From a virus (lineage: Duplodnaviria > Caudoviricetes): a stretch of DNA of 64,000 nucleotides. The notes under the pieces were generated by a model, which saw only the letters and a list, made by a program, of their open reading frames with translations, searched no databases and had not been told where the DNA came from. The stretch covers positions 32,001 through 96,000 of the IMG/VR virus record IMGVR_UViG_2912838376_000002, one strand, 5' to 3'. This document shows, piece after piece, positions 1-8,657 of this stretch; the stretch's first letter is position 1; each line of letters begins with the position of its first letter. The position numbers and the translations under genes were made by a program.

Positions 1-2
1 TC

Positions 3-1271
3 CACTTACCGTACTATCCAGAAGGAAAACAGACGGGCAATAACGTATCATTTTATTTCCCAACAACAGAAATGAAAAGCATGAGAATTTGGATTCGCAA
101 ACAGGAAAGCGATAAAGAAATTGTTCATCCTGAAGGGTACTCATACCAGTACTTGTTCGGAGTTAAAAAGATTCAATTCTTCCAACTAAGCTATCCGGAA
201 AGAGGAGAGGTTGTTACAAAATTCCTTACTCCGAATACAGACGAAACATTCTCTATTGGTAAAGTATCATTGGTTACAGAAGAAGAGATTCCCGATGGTA
301 CAGATATTGAGTACTTTGTACGTGTAGATAATAGGGAAGAGAGTTGGAAACAGATTTCTCCTGTTAATAGAGATACTGCACAAGCTCCTAACCTAATTGA
401 TTTTAAATACGTTGTACATGCTAGTCCAACAAACTTAGGTATTCCAGAGAATGCTAGTGGCCAAGAATCAGAAATCATTGAACTACAAGCAAACGGAATC
501 GCATTTTATTCATTAGGTTCAATCGAAAAACGAAAAATCGTTCCGCGAACAGAACGCTTGTATATGGGCAAAGATGCTTGGAGTATGCAAAAGACAGTGG
601 CGGACTTCGGTGAAACTCATATCCCTTCATTAGACGACTGGAAGCAACCATCAAATGATATTGTCCGTAATGTGATTCCGATTAAGGAAGGGAATCGTGG
701 ATTGATTCTGCAAGATGAGCAATTCACACAGCATACACAACTGTACTATGGAATGGGTATTTTCTATGAAGGAAAAGAACAAGTACTTCCTACGATTCCA
801 TCATCTACAGAACCAATTACTATCTTCTTAAATGGAGAGAAATTATTTGAGGGAATCCCTTCTTCTCAAACCAATGTGAACTATAAGTTTAAGCAAGGGT
901 GGAATGACTTAACCGTGTTGGTATATGTACAGAGTTTAAACAAAGACTGTACGATTGATTTAGGATTTGATCCGATTCGTGTAAGTACACATTGTTATTC
1001 TACAAGTCAGTTCTTAGAGAAGGTATCTGTATTCGACCTTCGATACAACACAAAGAATAATGATTGGTCTAAGTACGCTCTTTACGAGAAAGATGGAAAG
1101 GTCTATATTGTGGTTAATCATTCGTTACCTGGTGTAACATATGACCTTTACTATGACTACGTAGATGAAGTAGAGCATCGAGATATCCAATTAAAAATTG
1201 CTATGAAACAATTCTCAGTAGGACAATATACGACACCTGTATTACGTCGCTACACATTACAATTTAGTTAG
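3..1271 (+). CDS. Putative phage virion structural protein, 5'-truncated by the window edge
   Basis: Frame is open from position 3 to the ATG at 72. Beta-rich composition; ends in TPVLRRYTLQF, similar to the VPFLREIEL tail of 2073..3320. Co-oriented and tightly packed with the next two genes. Confidence 0.55.
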   Translation, partial: HLPYYPEGKQTGNNVSFYFPTTEMKSMRIWIRKQESDKEIVHPEGYSYQYLFGVKKIQFFQLSYPERGEVVTKFLTPNTDETFSIGKVSLVTEEEIPDGTDIEYFVRVDNREESWKQISPVNRDTAQAPNLIDFKYVVHASPTNLGIPENASGQESEIIELQANGIAFYSLGSIEKRKIVPRTERLYMGKDAWSMQKTVADFGETHIPSLDDWKQPSNDIVRNVIPIKEGNRGLILQDEQFTQHTQLYYGMGIFYEGKEQVLPTIPSSTEPITIFLNGEKLFEGIPSSQTNVNYKFKQGWNDLTVLVYVQSLNKDCTIDLGFDPIRVSTHCYSTSQFLEKVSVFDLRYNTKNNDWSKYALYEKDGKVYIVVNHSLPGVTYDLYYDYVDEVEHRDIQLKIAMKQFSVGQYTTPVLRRYTLQFS

Positions 1272-1285
1272 GGAGGAGCAACTCT

Positions 1286-2059
1286 ATGAGAATCGAAAAG
1301 AAATATAAACCTTCCTTTCATAAAGCCAATGCTCGTTATCGTGGTGTAACAGAGCTTTCCCAATATACGAATTTTGTTCTTGAATCTGCTCATGACCTTT
1401 TATTATTAGGACACATTACAGAAGGAAATGAAGCAACAAATAAAGATGGCCACAAAAAAGAAATGTACAATAATTTCGTTTCTATCATGACAGGTGATCG
1501 AGAAGTAGGGAAGTCGAATGTATTTACGGCTTCCACGCTTCAAAAAATTGATTACTCTCGAACAGTTCCTGTTCCTGGATTAGATAGTTGGAGTCCATTG
1601 AATGGATGTACAAAGACAGTTGCGGGTGATGCAATTAAGCTTTCCTCAAATGGATTGTTAGACCCAGTAGGTATGTTTAGTACTCTTTATGTAGAACCAG
1701 GGGACAAGCTTTATATTCGTATGAAGGTAAGAAGTATAGGTGGTGCTGCTGATTTTACCTTTGGTTCAAACAATATGCGTATGGGACCAAATACAAATGG
1801 TGACACAAGAAAGGTTCCTCTACCACAAAGTAATGAATTTATCACTATCGATTACGTGTTACGTTTTCAATATGCTGAATCAGTATCAATTAACATAAAC
1901 GTTCATGAAAAACCGAATGTGTTAAAAGCAACAAATATCGAAGTAAAAGATCTTGAGATGTATTACTTCAATGAAACACCAATTCAAGTCTCATCTTTTG
2001 ATACAGTTATTAAACCAAATGTTGATGAACTAGAAGAAAAAATTAATTCGATACGATAG
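1286..2059 (+). CDS. Putative virion structural protein with a carbohydrate-binding-like beta domain
   Basis: RBS GGGAGGAG. N-terminal ARYRGVTE helix motif followed by a CBM-like beta-sandwich pattern (inference). Confidence 0.5.
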   Translation: MRIEKKYKPSFHKANARYRGVTELSQYTNFVLESAHDLLLLGHITEGNEATNKDGHKKEMYNNFVSIMTGDREVGKSNVFTASTLQKIDYSRTVPVPGLDSWSPLNGCTKTVAGDAIKLSSNGLLDPVGMFSTLYVEPGDKLYIRMKVRSIGGAADFTFGSNNMRMGPNTNGDTRKVPLPQSNEFITIDYVLRFQYAESVSININVHEKPNVLKATNIEVKDLEMYYFNETPIQVSSFDTVIKPNVDELEEKINSIR

Positions 2060-2072
2060 GGAAGGTGAGTAT

Positions 2073-3320
2073 ATGCGCCCGATTACATTAAGAAATCCGA
2101 ATCTAAATAAAGGGCCTAGCTCTTCTGAAGAATTTAATAAACTACGTAATGATATTCAAACAGACATTACTACTTTGTTTGATATTGTTAATGACCATGA
2201 TGGTGTAATTTCTGAAAACATGGATCATATCTTACGTGAAAATTACTTCTTGCAAAACCGTCTAAAGAAATTAGAGGGAAGAGTGTATGAGTTAGAAAAG
2301 GATTATCAGAACAATAGTATAGCAGGGGAGAGTATCCTTACTCGATCTTTCTATCATGCAAGCAACATCATTTCATCAAATCCAAATAGCCCCGTTAATG
2401 TAGATACACTTCATGGGCTTATTACCCCAGTTGTTGTTCGATCTCATGATAAGATTGCCTATAAGAATGACTTAGGTGAATACATATTACCTAGCAACCT
2501 AGAAGTAAACGTATATGAGTCATCAGATGTAGAGCCAATTGATGAAGAAACAAAACAACGTAAATTCTACGAAGTAGATTCTAGTGGCATTACAAAAGCA
2601 TTTGATGGAGACAAGAACTCATTCTGGGTTCGTCAATCAGAAACAAATGAGAATAAATGTGTAACAGAAGTGTATGGATTGATTCATGTAAAGATCCCAC
2701 AAAACATTTCTAACAACATTTATACAAATACGATTACTCTTCATCCATCTCCAGAGTACTCTATGAGCGTTCTTGATATTCAATACAAGAATCAGAATGG
2801 GGAGTGGAGGCGTATTGAAACTTATCCCGTTAAAAAGGTAAACAATACAGATGTACCGGAAGAGATGGTTGAATCTGGTAAGTTAGTATTTGCATTCCCA
2901 AGACGACAAGTAACGGAATTACAAATCAAAGTAAAACAACCTTACTGGTTCAAGCATGACAATAAAAGAATCTTTATGTACGGATTCCAAGACATCGTTG
3001 TAGAGTACCGTGAGTATTCACAAGATACTGCAGAGTTCACAACAAAGTTCTCATTAGAAGGAACAGATCGTCGTTTCACAAATGTAAACACACCAAAGGT
3101 AACAGTACCAGTTGGATGTCCACCATTTAGCGACTATACTGTAAAACATGAATTGTATTTTGATGAGGGGTTAACGGAGAAGTTTGATTTCTCAACAGAT
3201 ATTTTCCAACCAATTCAATCTGTATATGTAAAAACACTTTTAAAAACAGCAGGGGATCAGGTACCATTCTTACGTGAGATTGAGTTACCTTACCGACATG
3301 AAGAATTAGAAGTACTGTAA
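2073..3320 (+). CDS. Putative virion structural protein (baseplate/tail associated)
   Basis: RBS GAAGGTGAG. N-terminal KGPSSSEEFN followed by a coiled coil, then a discoidin-like AFDGDKNSFW motif. Confidence 0.55.
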   Translation: MRPITLRNPNLNKGPSSSEEFNKLRNDIQTDITTLFDIVNDHDGVISENMDHILRENYFLQNRLKKLEGRVYELEKDYQNNSIAGESILTRSFYHASNIISSNPNSPVNVDTLHGLITPVVVRSHDKIAYKNDLGEYILPSNLEVNVYESSDVEPIDEETKQRKFYEVDSSGITKAFDGDKNSFWVRQSETNENKCVTEVYGLIHVKIPQNISNNIYTNTITLHPSPEYSMSVLDIQYKNQNGEWRRIETYPVKKVNNTDVPEEMVESGKLVFAFPRRQVTELQIKVKQPYWFKHDNKRIFMYGFQDIVVEYREYSQDTAEFTTKFSLEGTDRRFTNVNTPKVTVPVGCPPFSDYTVKHELYFDEGLTEKFDFSTDIFQPIQSVYVKTLLKTAGDQVPFLREIELPYRHEELEVL

Positions 3321-3387
3321 TTCAGATAGGGACAAAACTTCAATATAAAAATAGTTATATTGGAATACATAAACATTTAAAAGATTC

Positions 3388-3416
3388 TTGTACAAGTATT
3401 CTAATTGGTTTAAAAT
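3388..3416 (+). promoter_or_regulatory. SigA-like promoter TTGTAC-17-TAAAAT inside a 12-bp perfect inverted repeat (3348-3359 / 3426-3437)
   Basis: Read directly from the sequence. Confidence 0.55.
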
Positions 3417-3513
3417 ACAAAAAAGTATAACTATTTTCAATTCTTTAGTTTTCGCAAGAAGAAGCTATAACCGTCTTCTTCTCGTAGATAAAACATAGGA
3501 GAGGATTGGTATA

Positions 3514-3777
3514 TTGAGCAAAATATTGTCTGGTGATTCTAAACAATTACTACAAGAAGTAGATCGAAAAATGAGCATAATTGAGTCTATACTTCAGAAT
3601 AGTTCTGGATATGTGGTTGCAGAAGAAGTATCAAAGATTCATCAATTGCTTTTAGAGGCATCACGATTGTTACTTCTGTTAGAACAAGACCACAGGATGG
3701 CATCTCACGCAAAAGAATTAAATCTACAATTACAAACTTTTAAAGAACACTACAATCAAATAATGAGTAGAGGCTAA
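3514..3777 (+). CDS. Hypothetical helical protein
   Basis: RBS AGGAGAGG, TTG start, followed by a terminator. Confidence 0.65.
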   Translation: MSKILSGDSKQLLQEVDRKMSIIESILQNSSGYVVAEEVSKIHQLLLEASRLLLLLEQDHRMASHAKELNLQLQTFKEHYNQIMSRG

Positions 3778-3797
3778 ATATAATGTCTCTATAATCT

Positions 3798-3833
3798 AAA
3801 AAGATCAACTTACGATATGAGTTGGTCTTTTTA
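3798..3833 (+). terminator. Rho-independent terminator
   Basis: AAAAGATCAACT-loop-AGTTGGTCTTTT followed by a T tract. Confidence 0.75.
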
Positions 3834-3988
3834 TTATGTTAAATACAATTTGTCAATTCATAAAATTACCTTTGATAACTCCACTTTTTGTGAATCTAAA
3901 GATCGGGATTTAATGTTATTATATGAATTGTCAGAAATATAATACATATGTAAATATTTTTGAAAATCACATTTGGAGGAATTATACT

Positions 3989-4714
3989 ATGGTAAAATCT
4001 AAAACAAAATTAAAGAAAATCATTCCGGTAACAATGCTATTAGCAACTACGCTAACATCTGCACCACTGTCTTCTTTTGCGGCTGAAAAAAACGATGTGC
4101 AAAACAATTATGTTTCTTCTCAAAAAGCTAATAAAGCATTTCAACCTACAGAAGAATCAATTACTTTTATGTCTAAAGTAGTAAGCAGTGGGGCAATTAA
4201 AGAATTTGATTTTAGTCCAGATTTAAAAACAATGACATACAAACATGATATGGCCACAATGAAAAATACTTACAACTTTAATGATGAAGAGATTGCTAAA
4301 TTAGAGCAAATCGTAACCTTCTATAATGAAAGTGTGAAGAATAATTCTAGTTCAGGTTTAACTAATCCAAATATGAACGCAGTTAAAAAAGGTGGTCCAC
4401 AATATGTAGTAACTGATTACGGTTGGACATGGATTAAAATGACGTTCACGAATGCAGAAACAAAATTACTTTTAGCAGGCGCTGCAGCTGAAGGAGCATA
4501 TGCTATGTATGCCGCATTTGTAGGACTATCAGCAATTACAGCTACACCAGTCGGAGGAGCGATTATCTCTGCTTTAGCTTTGATGGGGCTTCCTAAATTT
4601 GCTTCAATTTGTCAAACTGTTCTAAGGGCGCTTGCTGCAGGAAAAGGAGTTTTCATTGAAATTGGAATGGATGGTGTGATTCCATATATCTCTGCAAGTG
4701 TTGCGAGACATTAA
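3989..4714 (+). CDS. Secreted bacteriocin-like precursor (signal peptide, pro-region, Gly/Ala-rich hydrophobic C-terminal domain)
   Basis: RBS GGAGG before ATG 3989. Sec signal ends SSFA/AE. C-terminal hydrophobic hairpin LLAGAAAEGAYAMYAAFVGLSAITATPVGGAIISALALMG. Confidence 0.55.
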   Translation: MVKSKTKLKKIIPVTMLLATTLTSAPLSSFAAEKNDVQNNYVSSQKANKAFQPTEESITFMSKVVSSGAIKEFDFSPDLKTMTYKHDMATMKNTYNFNDEEIAKLEQIVTFYNESVKNNSSSGLTNPNMNAVKKGGPQYVVTDYGWTWIKMTFTNAETKLLLAGAAAEGAYAMYAAFVGLSAITATPVGGAIISALALMGLPKFASICQTVLRALAAGKGVFIEIGMDGVIPYISASVARH

Positions 4715-4736
4715 GGTGAGTCAGGGAGGTGGTACT

Positions 4737-5087
4737 GTGACAAAGAAAAAGATGGATACGTTTAAAATTGCATGTGGTTTTGGAGTCTGGGGGTACACCT
4801 TTTTTCTAGGTGCTATGCTTACACATGTGTATTATGCTGGTGATCTTCTCCTAGCAACATGTATCTATGGATTTATTGGGAGTGTACTTTTAACTATACA
4901 ATATCATATGTTACGGGATCTCCCATTTACGGAGCGTCTCCTTGAAATAATGATAGTACTAATAATACAGGCATATACTATTTTTTCTGAACATCAAAAT
5001 ATGAATGTGGTAATGCTTGTATTTGTTATTGCTGTTGTGAGTTGTGTATTAATTAATCAAAAGAAAGTAAGAAAAGTATATAGGTAA
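4737..5087 (+). CDS. Small 4-TM membrane protein, putative immunity protein
   Basis: RBS GGGAGGT before GTG 4737. Four hydrophobic segments; lies directly downstream of the bacteriocin-like gene. Confidence 0.55.
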   Translation: MTKKKMDTFKIACGFGVWGYTFFLGAMLTHVYYAGDLLLATCIYGFIGSVLLTIQYHMLRDLPFTERLLEIMIVLIIQAYTIFSEHQNMNVVMLVFVIAVVSCVLINQKKVRKVYR

Positions 5088-5111
5088 CTAATAATGTCAT
5101 CATAAATTCCT

Positions 5112-5159
5112 AAAAAAGAGAAGGGAGCATAACCGAAATGGCATGCTCCTTTTTTATTT
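5112..5159. terminator. Bidirectional terminator at the +/- gene-block convergence
   Basis: GGAGCAT...ATGCTCC stem flanked by A and T tracts. Confidence 0.7.
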
Positions 5160-5358
5160 AAAACTTTATCTTTGAAACTTCTTCTAATAAAGCTTTCTTT
5201 TTATTCTCATCAGTTGTTGTAAGAGATTCATTAATCATTCCTGTAGCTTTAAGAAAGTTCTTAACTGCTTCTACTTCTTCGGGTCTAGAATCTTCGTTTT
5301 CTAAAACCTCTAAAGCATATGTAATTGAAGTAGCAAGTGAAACCGTTAAAATTTCCAT
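5158..5358 (-). CDS. Hypothetical protein
   Basis: RBS AAGGAG before MEILTVS. Confidence 0.55.
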   Translation of the reverse strand: MEILTVSLATSITYALEVLENEDSRPEEVEAVKNFLKATGMINESLTTTDENKKKALLEEVSKIKF

Positions 5359-5420
5359 ATTATTATCTCCTTCTAAATGGCTTTTAATATGTATTTCTAC
5401 AGGTAACAAGTAATACCTTT

Positions 5421-5627
5421 TTAATTGTTTAAATCATAAATCATACCAGCGAAAAATATCCCTATAACTACAAGTGCGATAAGAGCACCTAATAGCATTT
5501 TCCCAAGAGAGCCAGTTAGAATTTCATGTAACATTCCTTTAGCATGCTCTTGAGGTTTTCCTCGTAAAGTGAGGGAGAGGATGAAAGTAATTATTAGTAA
5601 AAATAATGCCGCAATTAAATATCCCAT
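5421..5627 (-). CDS. Small 2-TM membrane protein
   Basis: RBS AAGGAG; two hydrophobic segments. Confidence 0.65.
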   Translation of the reverse strand: MGYLIAALFLLIITFILSLTLRGKPQEHAKGMLHEILTGSLGKMLLGALIALVVIGIFFAGMIYDLNN

Positions 5628-5700
5628 TGTTTATGTATCTCCTTAATTTAAGTTGTCCAATACATTATATCAGCTGGAACATCTGAAGGTAATAATATTT

Positions 5701-5913
5701 TTATTTACGTACAAGTCTTATTCTATTGAATTGAGCAAGGTTATTATTAGTGTCATGAGCCATTACTTTATCGACGATTCTAACACCTATATAATCCTTA
5801 AAATCCTCGTCGCCATCTTTAATCTTTTGTTTGATCTCAGCAGCTTTTTGTTTGCAAAATTCATTTGTGTAATACCCAGTACACCATAAGAGAGTTTTAC
5901 TTCTATCAGCCAT
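5701..5913 (-). CDS. Hypothetical protein
   Basis: ORF starts 2 nt after the stop of the ArfA-like ORF. Confidence 0.6.
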   Translation of the reverse strand: MADRSKTLLWCTGYYTNEFCKQKAAEIKQKIKDGDEDFKDYIGVRIVDKVMAHDTNNNLAQFNRIRLVRK

Positions 5914-5915
5914 AA

Positions 5916-6065
5916 TTACACCGCTCTTAAATCGATTTTAGAATTTTTGCGTGAGTAAGAACCTTTGCCTTTTTTAGCTTTATCAGCTCTTGCTGGTGGG
6001 GGCATAGTTCCACGGTTTTGTGTCATAACACCAATACGCTTATCTTTATTCTGTTTATTTTTCAT
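5916..6065 (-). CDS. ArfA-like alternative ribosome rescue factor (49 aa, not in the ORF track)
   Basis: MKNKQNKDKRIGVMTQNRGTMPPPARADKAKKGKGSYSRKNSKIDLRAV with RBS AAGAAGGA. KKGKGSYxRK is the ArfA signature. Confidence 0.65.
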   Translation of the reverse strand: MKNKQNKDKRIGVMTQNRGTMPPPARADKAKKGKGSYSRKNSKIDLRAV

Positions 6066-6100
6066 AACAAATTCCTTCTTTCTTAATAACAATAGTGAAT

Positions 6101-6235
6101 AGAAAAAGACAGCCTGCGAACGGCTGCCTCAATCCTTAGGGAGGAAAATAATGATTTGGTAAAGTAGATAGGTTTTAAACAAGTTCGGATTTCACCGGGA
6201 GGTGTGAAAGCGTAAAAACTTGCGAGGTAACTTAC
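6101..6235 (-). ncRNA. Candidate sRNA 1 with anti-SD (CCUCCC) motifs
   Basis: Promoter at 6242-6270, hairpin TTTCAC-ACCTCCCG-GTGAAA, second TTCCTCCC, terminator at 6101-6130, no plausible ORF on this strand. Confidence 0.5.
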
Positions 6236-6277
6236 TCTCTTAATAAAACCTTTTCACTGTGCATATGCAACTTTGTA

Positions 6278-6451
6278 TTACATCAAAATTTCCGGATGAT
6301 ACATTTGAATGTGTTTAGCATCATCAAACGTATACGACGACATAAAATCTAATGTATTTTCATAATCAGTATGTTCCTTAACGTACAAACCTAGTGCGAT
6401 GAAATTAACGGTTAATGTTTGGTTGTAACCAATACACAAATCAATTCTCAT
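6278..6451 (-). CDS. Hypothetical protein
   Basis: RBS GGAGG before MRIDLCIG. Confidence 0.55.
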   Translation of the reverse strand: MRIDLCIGYNQTLTVNFIALGLYVKEHTDYENTLDFMSSYTFDDAKHIQMYHPEILM

Positions 6452-6586
6452 GATAAAACCTCCAGTAAAAATATATGTAATTAACCCAAAGAGGGGATTA
6501 AAGTTGCTTTCGAACTCTTTCAACATAATACCAATTTAGTTGAAAGACATCACCTGAAAATAAAACCAGGGGAAAGACCCCTGATT

Positions 6587-6799
6587 CTAATGAACAAAAA
6601 GTTCTCGGCCTTTAGTAAATTCTTTTTCATCTAAGATCAAATAATAAAAATAACATTCTTGATCATCGATAGGTTCAGAGCCTACTAGTTGAAAAGTTTT
6701 ACCGTACTTATTTACAAACCAAGTGCGAGCTTCATCATGGCTAGAGAATAAAGGGATTTTGGCTTCATCCTCACGAGAAATATGACCAGGAGCGTACAT
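6587..6799 (-). CDS. Hypothetical protein (start may lie further upstream, about 6835)
   Basis: ORF track; lies downstream of the RelE-like gene. Confidence 0.5.
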   Translation of the reverse strand: MYAPGHISREDEAKIPLFSSHDEARTWFVNKYGKTFQLVGSEPIDDQECYFYYLILDEKEFTKGRELFVH

Positions 6800-6843
6800 A
6801 GGATCGCCAACTTTCTACAAGATTAATTGTTTCATAGTTTGAT

Positions 6844-7248
6844 TTATTCCGTTTTCCTTCTCCAAATTTCAGCAGCTTTAGGTCTAATTTGAGCTTTGTG
6901 ATAAATACTCGTACCGCTAACACCTTTAGCGTTTCGCAGACCTACAGCTAATTGATAAAAATCATGACCATCTTGTTCGTACTTATATACGAATCTGTAA
7001 TCTCTTTTCATTTTACGAGGTGGATTCATCATTGAATGAAAGTCTAAGCGACTCCAACCCTCTAATTGGAATCTAAGTTCGGTATTTGGAAGAAAAGGAT
7101 TGGCCATTGCAGTCGCTATAGCATTCTGAAAAGTACCGTAATAAAATTCATGGAATCGTTCCTGAGTCATGCTCTGAGCAATTTCAGCAAGATCGTTCAC
7201 AATCTCCGGATGTATGTACACGTCTCTTATTGGATATCTACTGCTCAT
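6844..7248 (-). CDS. RelE/ParE-superfamily toxin-like protein
   Basis: YRFVY...LAVGLR...IYHKAQIR pattern typical of the RelE fold; overlaps the upstream partner gene. Confidence 0.55.
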   Translation of the reverse strand: MSSRYPIRDVYIHPEIVNDLAEIAQSMTQERFHEFYYGTFQNAIATAMANPFLPNTELRFQLEGWSRLDFHSMMNPPRKMKRDYRFVYKYEQDGHDFYQLAVGLRNAKGVSGTSIYHKAQIRPKAAEIWRRKTE

Positions 7249-7684
7249 CTTTAAATTTCCATCCTTTTTCTTTTTTATTTTGCATAATTAAATCAAATAA
7301 TTGCTCAGGGTTATTAGATTTAATAAATTCACTTTTAGGAGTGTTTGCACGTTCAGCATACTTTTCACTAATTTCTTTTTGTTCTATAAAACTTTTTAGG
7401 TGCCTCTTTGGTCTTGGGTTTTTATTCTCAAGAGAAACTCGATGAGGTAATGGGTATTCAAATGCGACAAAAATGCCACTATCAGTTTCTTTTACTTTGT
7501 ATTTTGGTGGTGTTGGCACAGTTGGTGGCTCAGCATATTGTAGAGAAGAACGTATAGCTGGTACCGCTCTAGCTATGTTCGTCATTTCGGCCTGAGACAT
7601 TCCTCTAACTAGACTTAAAAGCGCATCTTTATCTCCTTTTTCTATTACATCCAACATAAGTTCTAACTTGTCGGTTGTTTTCAT
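7238..7684 (-). CDS. Putative antitoxin partner of the RelE-like toxin
   Basis: Upstream gene overlapping by 11 nt; RBS GAGGTGAG. Confidence 0.45.
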   Translation of the reverse strand: MKTTDKLELMLDVIEKGDKDALLSLVRGMSQAEMTNIARAVPAIRSSLQYAEPPTVPTPPKYKVKETDSGIFVAFEYPLPHRVSLENKNPRPKRHLKSFIEQKEISEKYAERANTPKSEFIKSNNPEQLFDLIMQNKKEKGWKFKDEQ

Positions 7685-7774
7685 GCTTACTCACCTCAAT
7701 CAATATAGGTTTATTTTCCATTATTATAGCATATATCTTCTCCGAAAAAGATATATCTTAAACCAAGAAAGGCT

Positions 7775-7802
7775 TCTTAACGATAATATTATTATGTTAA
7801 CT
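7775..7802 (+). other. dif-like Xer recombination site
   Basis: TCTTAACGATA-ATATTA-TTATGTTAACT. Right arm is a XerD/RipX-type arm; imperfect palindrome; intergenic. Confidence 0.55.
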
Positions 7803-7855
7803 CTTTCTACTAAAAACGCTTATTGTTGAAAGACGTCGAATCATTAAAAACTTTC

Positions 7856-8326
7856 TTATGCAGCAACCAATAGCTTTTCTTGTATAATTGCATTTGCTTT
7901 TTCTGCTGTAATTTTCTGAATTTCTCCATTATCAATTAGATAGAAATACTTATTCCCCACAATGTATGACTTGTATAAATCAAAATACATAGGATTATAC
8001 TTGTCCTCTAAAGGAATATAGTGTGTCCCACTACTTCTTAATAACCAAAGAGCCTTCTTATCCCCTGTTAGATACGCATGGAGATCGTGTAGGTAAAAGT
8101 CATTTGAGTAATGATTTACATGACTTGTTACTACCTCCTCCATTGCTAACAACTCCGGATAATCTTCTGGATTAATACCTGCTGGAAATGCCCAGTGTTT
8201 CACACCGTATTTTTCATTTAGTTTATTCGTAGTATCATATAGCTCAGATAATGCAGGATTTTTCAGTCCACTACGTCTACGAGCCCATTTATTTTTTACA
8301 CGCGCATAAAATTTAATATCTTCCAT
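7856..8326 (-). CDS. Hypothetical protein
   Basis: RBS GGGAGAG; 156 aa. Confidence 0.7.
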   Translation of the reverse strand: MEDIKFYARVKNKWARRRSGLKNPALSELYDTTNKLNEKYGVKHWAFPAGINPEDYPELLAMEEVVTSHVNHYSNDFYLHDLHAYLTGDKKALWLLRSSGTHYIPLEDKYNPMYFDLYKSYIVGNKYFYLIDNGEIQKITAEKANAIIQEKLLVAA

Positions 8327-8387
8327 TAATAATCTCTCCCTTTTATATAATATAAAAAAGCCCCTATCTCATAGGGACTCTTCATTG

Positions 8388-8657
8388 TTATTCGTATACT
8401 AAAAACTGTTCTCTTTCTTCATCTGTTAAATCTTTTGGTTCGACTCCACGTTCATTACAATATTTAAACAATGCTCTTACTTTTACTCTTGGTTCTTTTT
8501 TATCGCTTGGTTCTACATATACTCCGTCGGGAAATCCTCTTTCAAATCTTTCTGCTTTGTTAATCATAGCACCACGCACCTTTTTTATAGTATGCCCAGT
8601 CAATGAGTTCTTAACAATTCCAACTTTAACAGCTGAATTTCTAGCTAATTTAACCAT
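8388..8657 (-). CDS. Small protein downstream of the GNAT, putative partner/antitoxin
   Basis: RBS GGGAGGT; overlaps the GNAT stop. Confidence 0.6.
   Translation of the reverse strand: MVKLARNSAVKVGIVKNSLTGHTIKKVRGAMINKAERFERGFPDGVYVEPSDKKEPRVKVRALFKYCNERGVEPKDLTDEEREQFLVYE

Noticed and set aside
3834-3844. TTATGTTAAAT as a second dif site
   Set aside because: No XerC-like left arm; it abuts a terminator T tract.
6139-6161. Plus-strand minigene (GGGAGG...ATG ATT TGG TAA)
   Set aside because: Promoter and terminator polarity indicate minus-strand transcription, so it is better explained as the complement of an anti-RBS seed.
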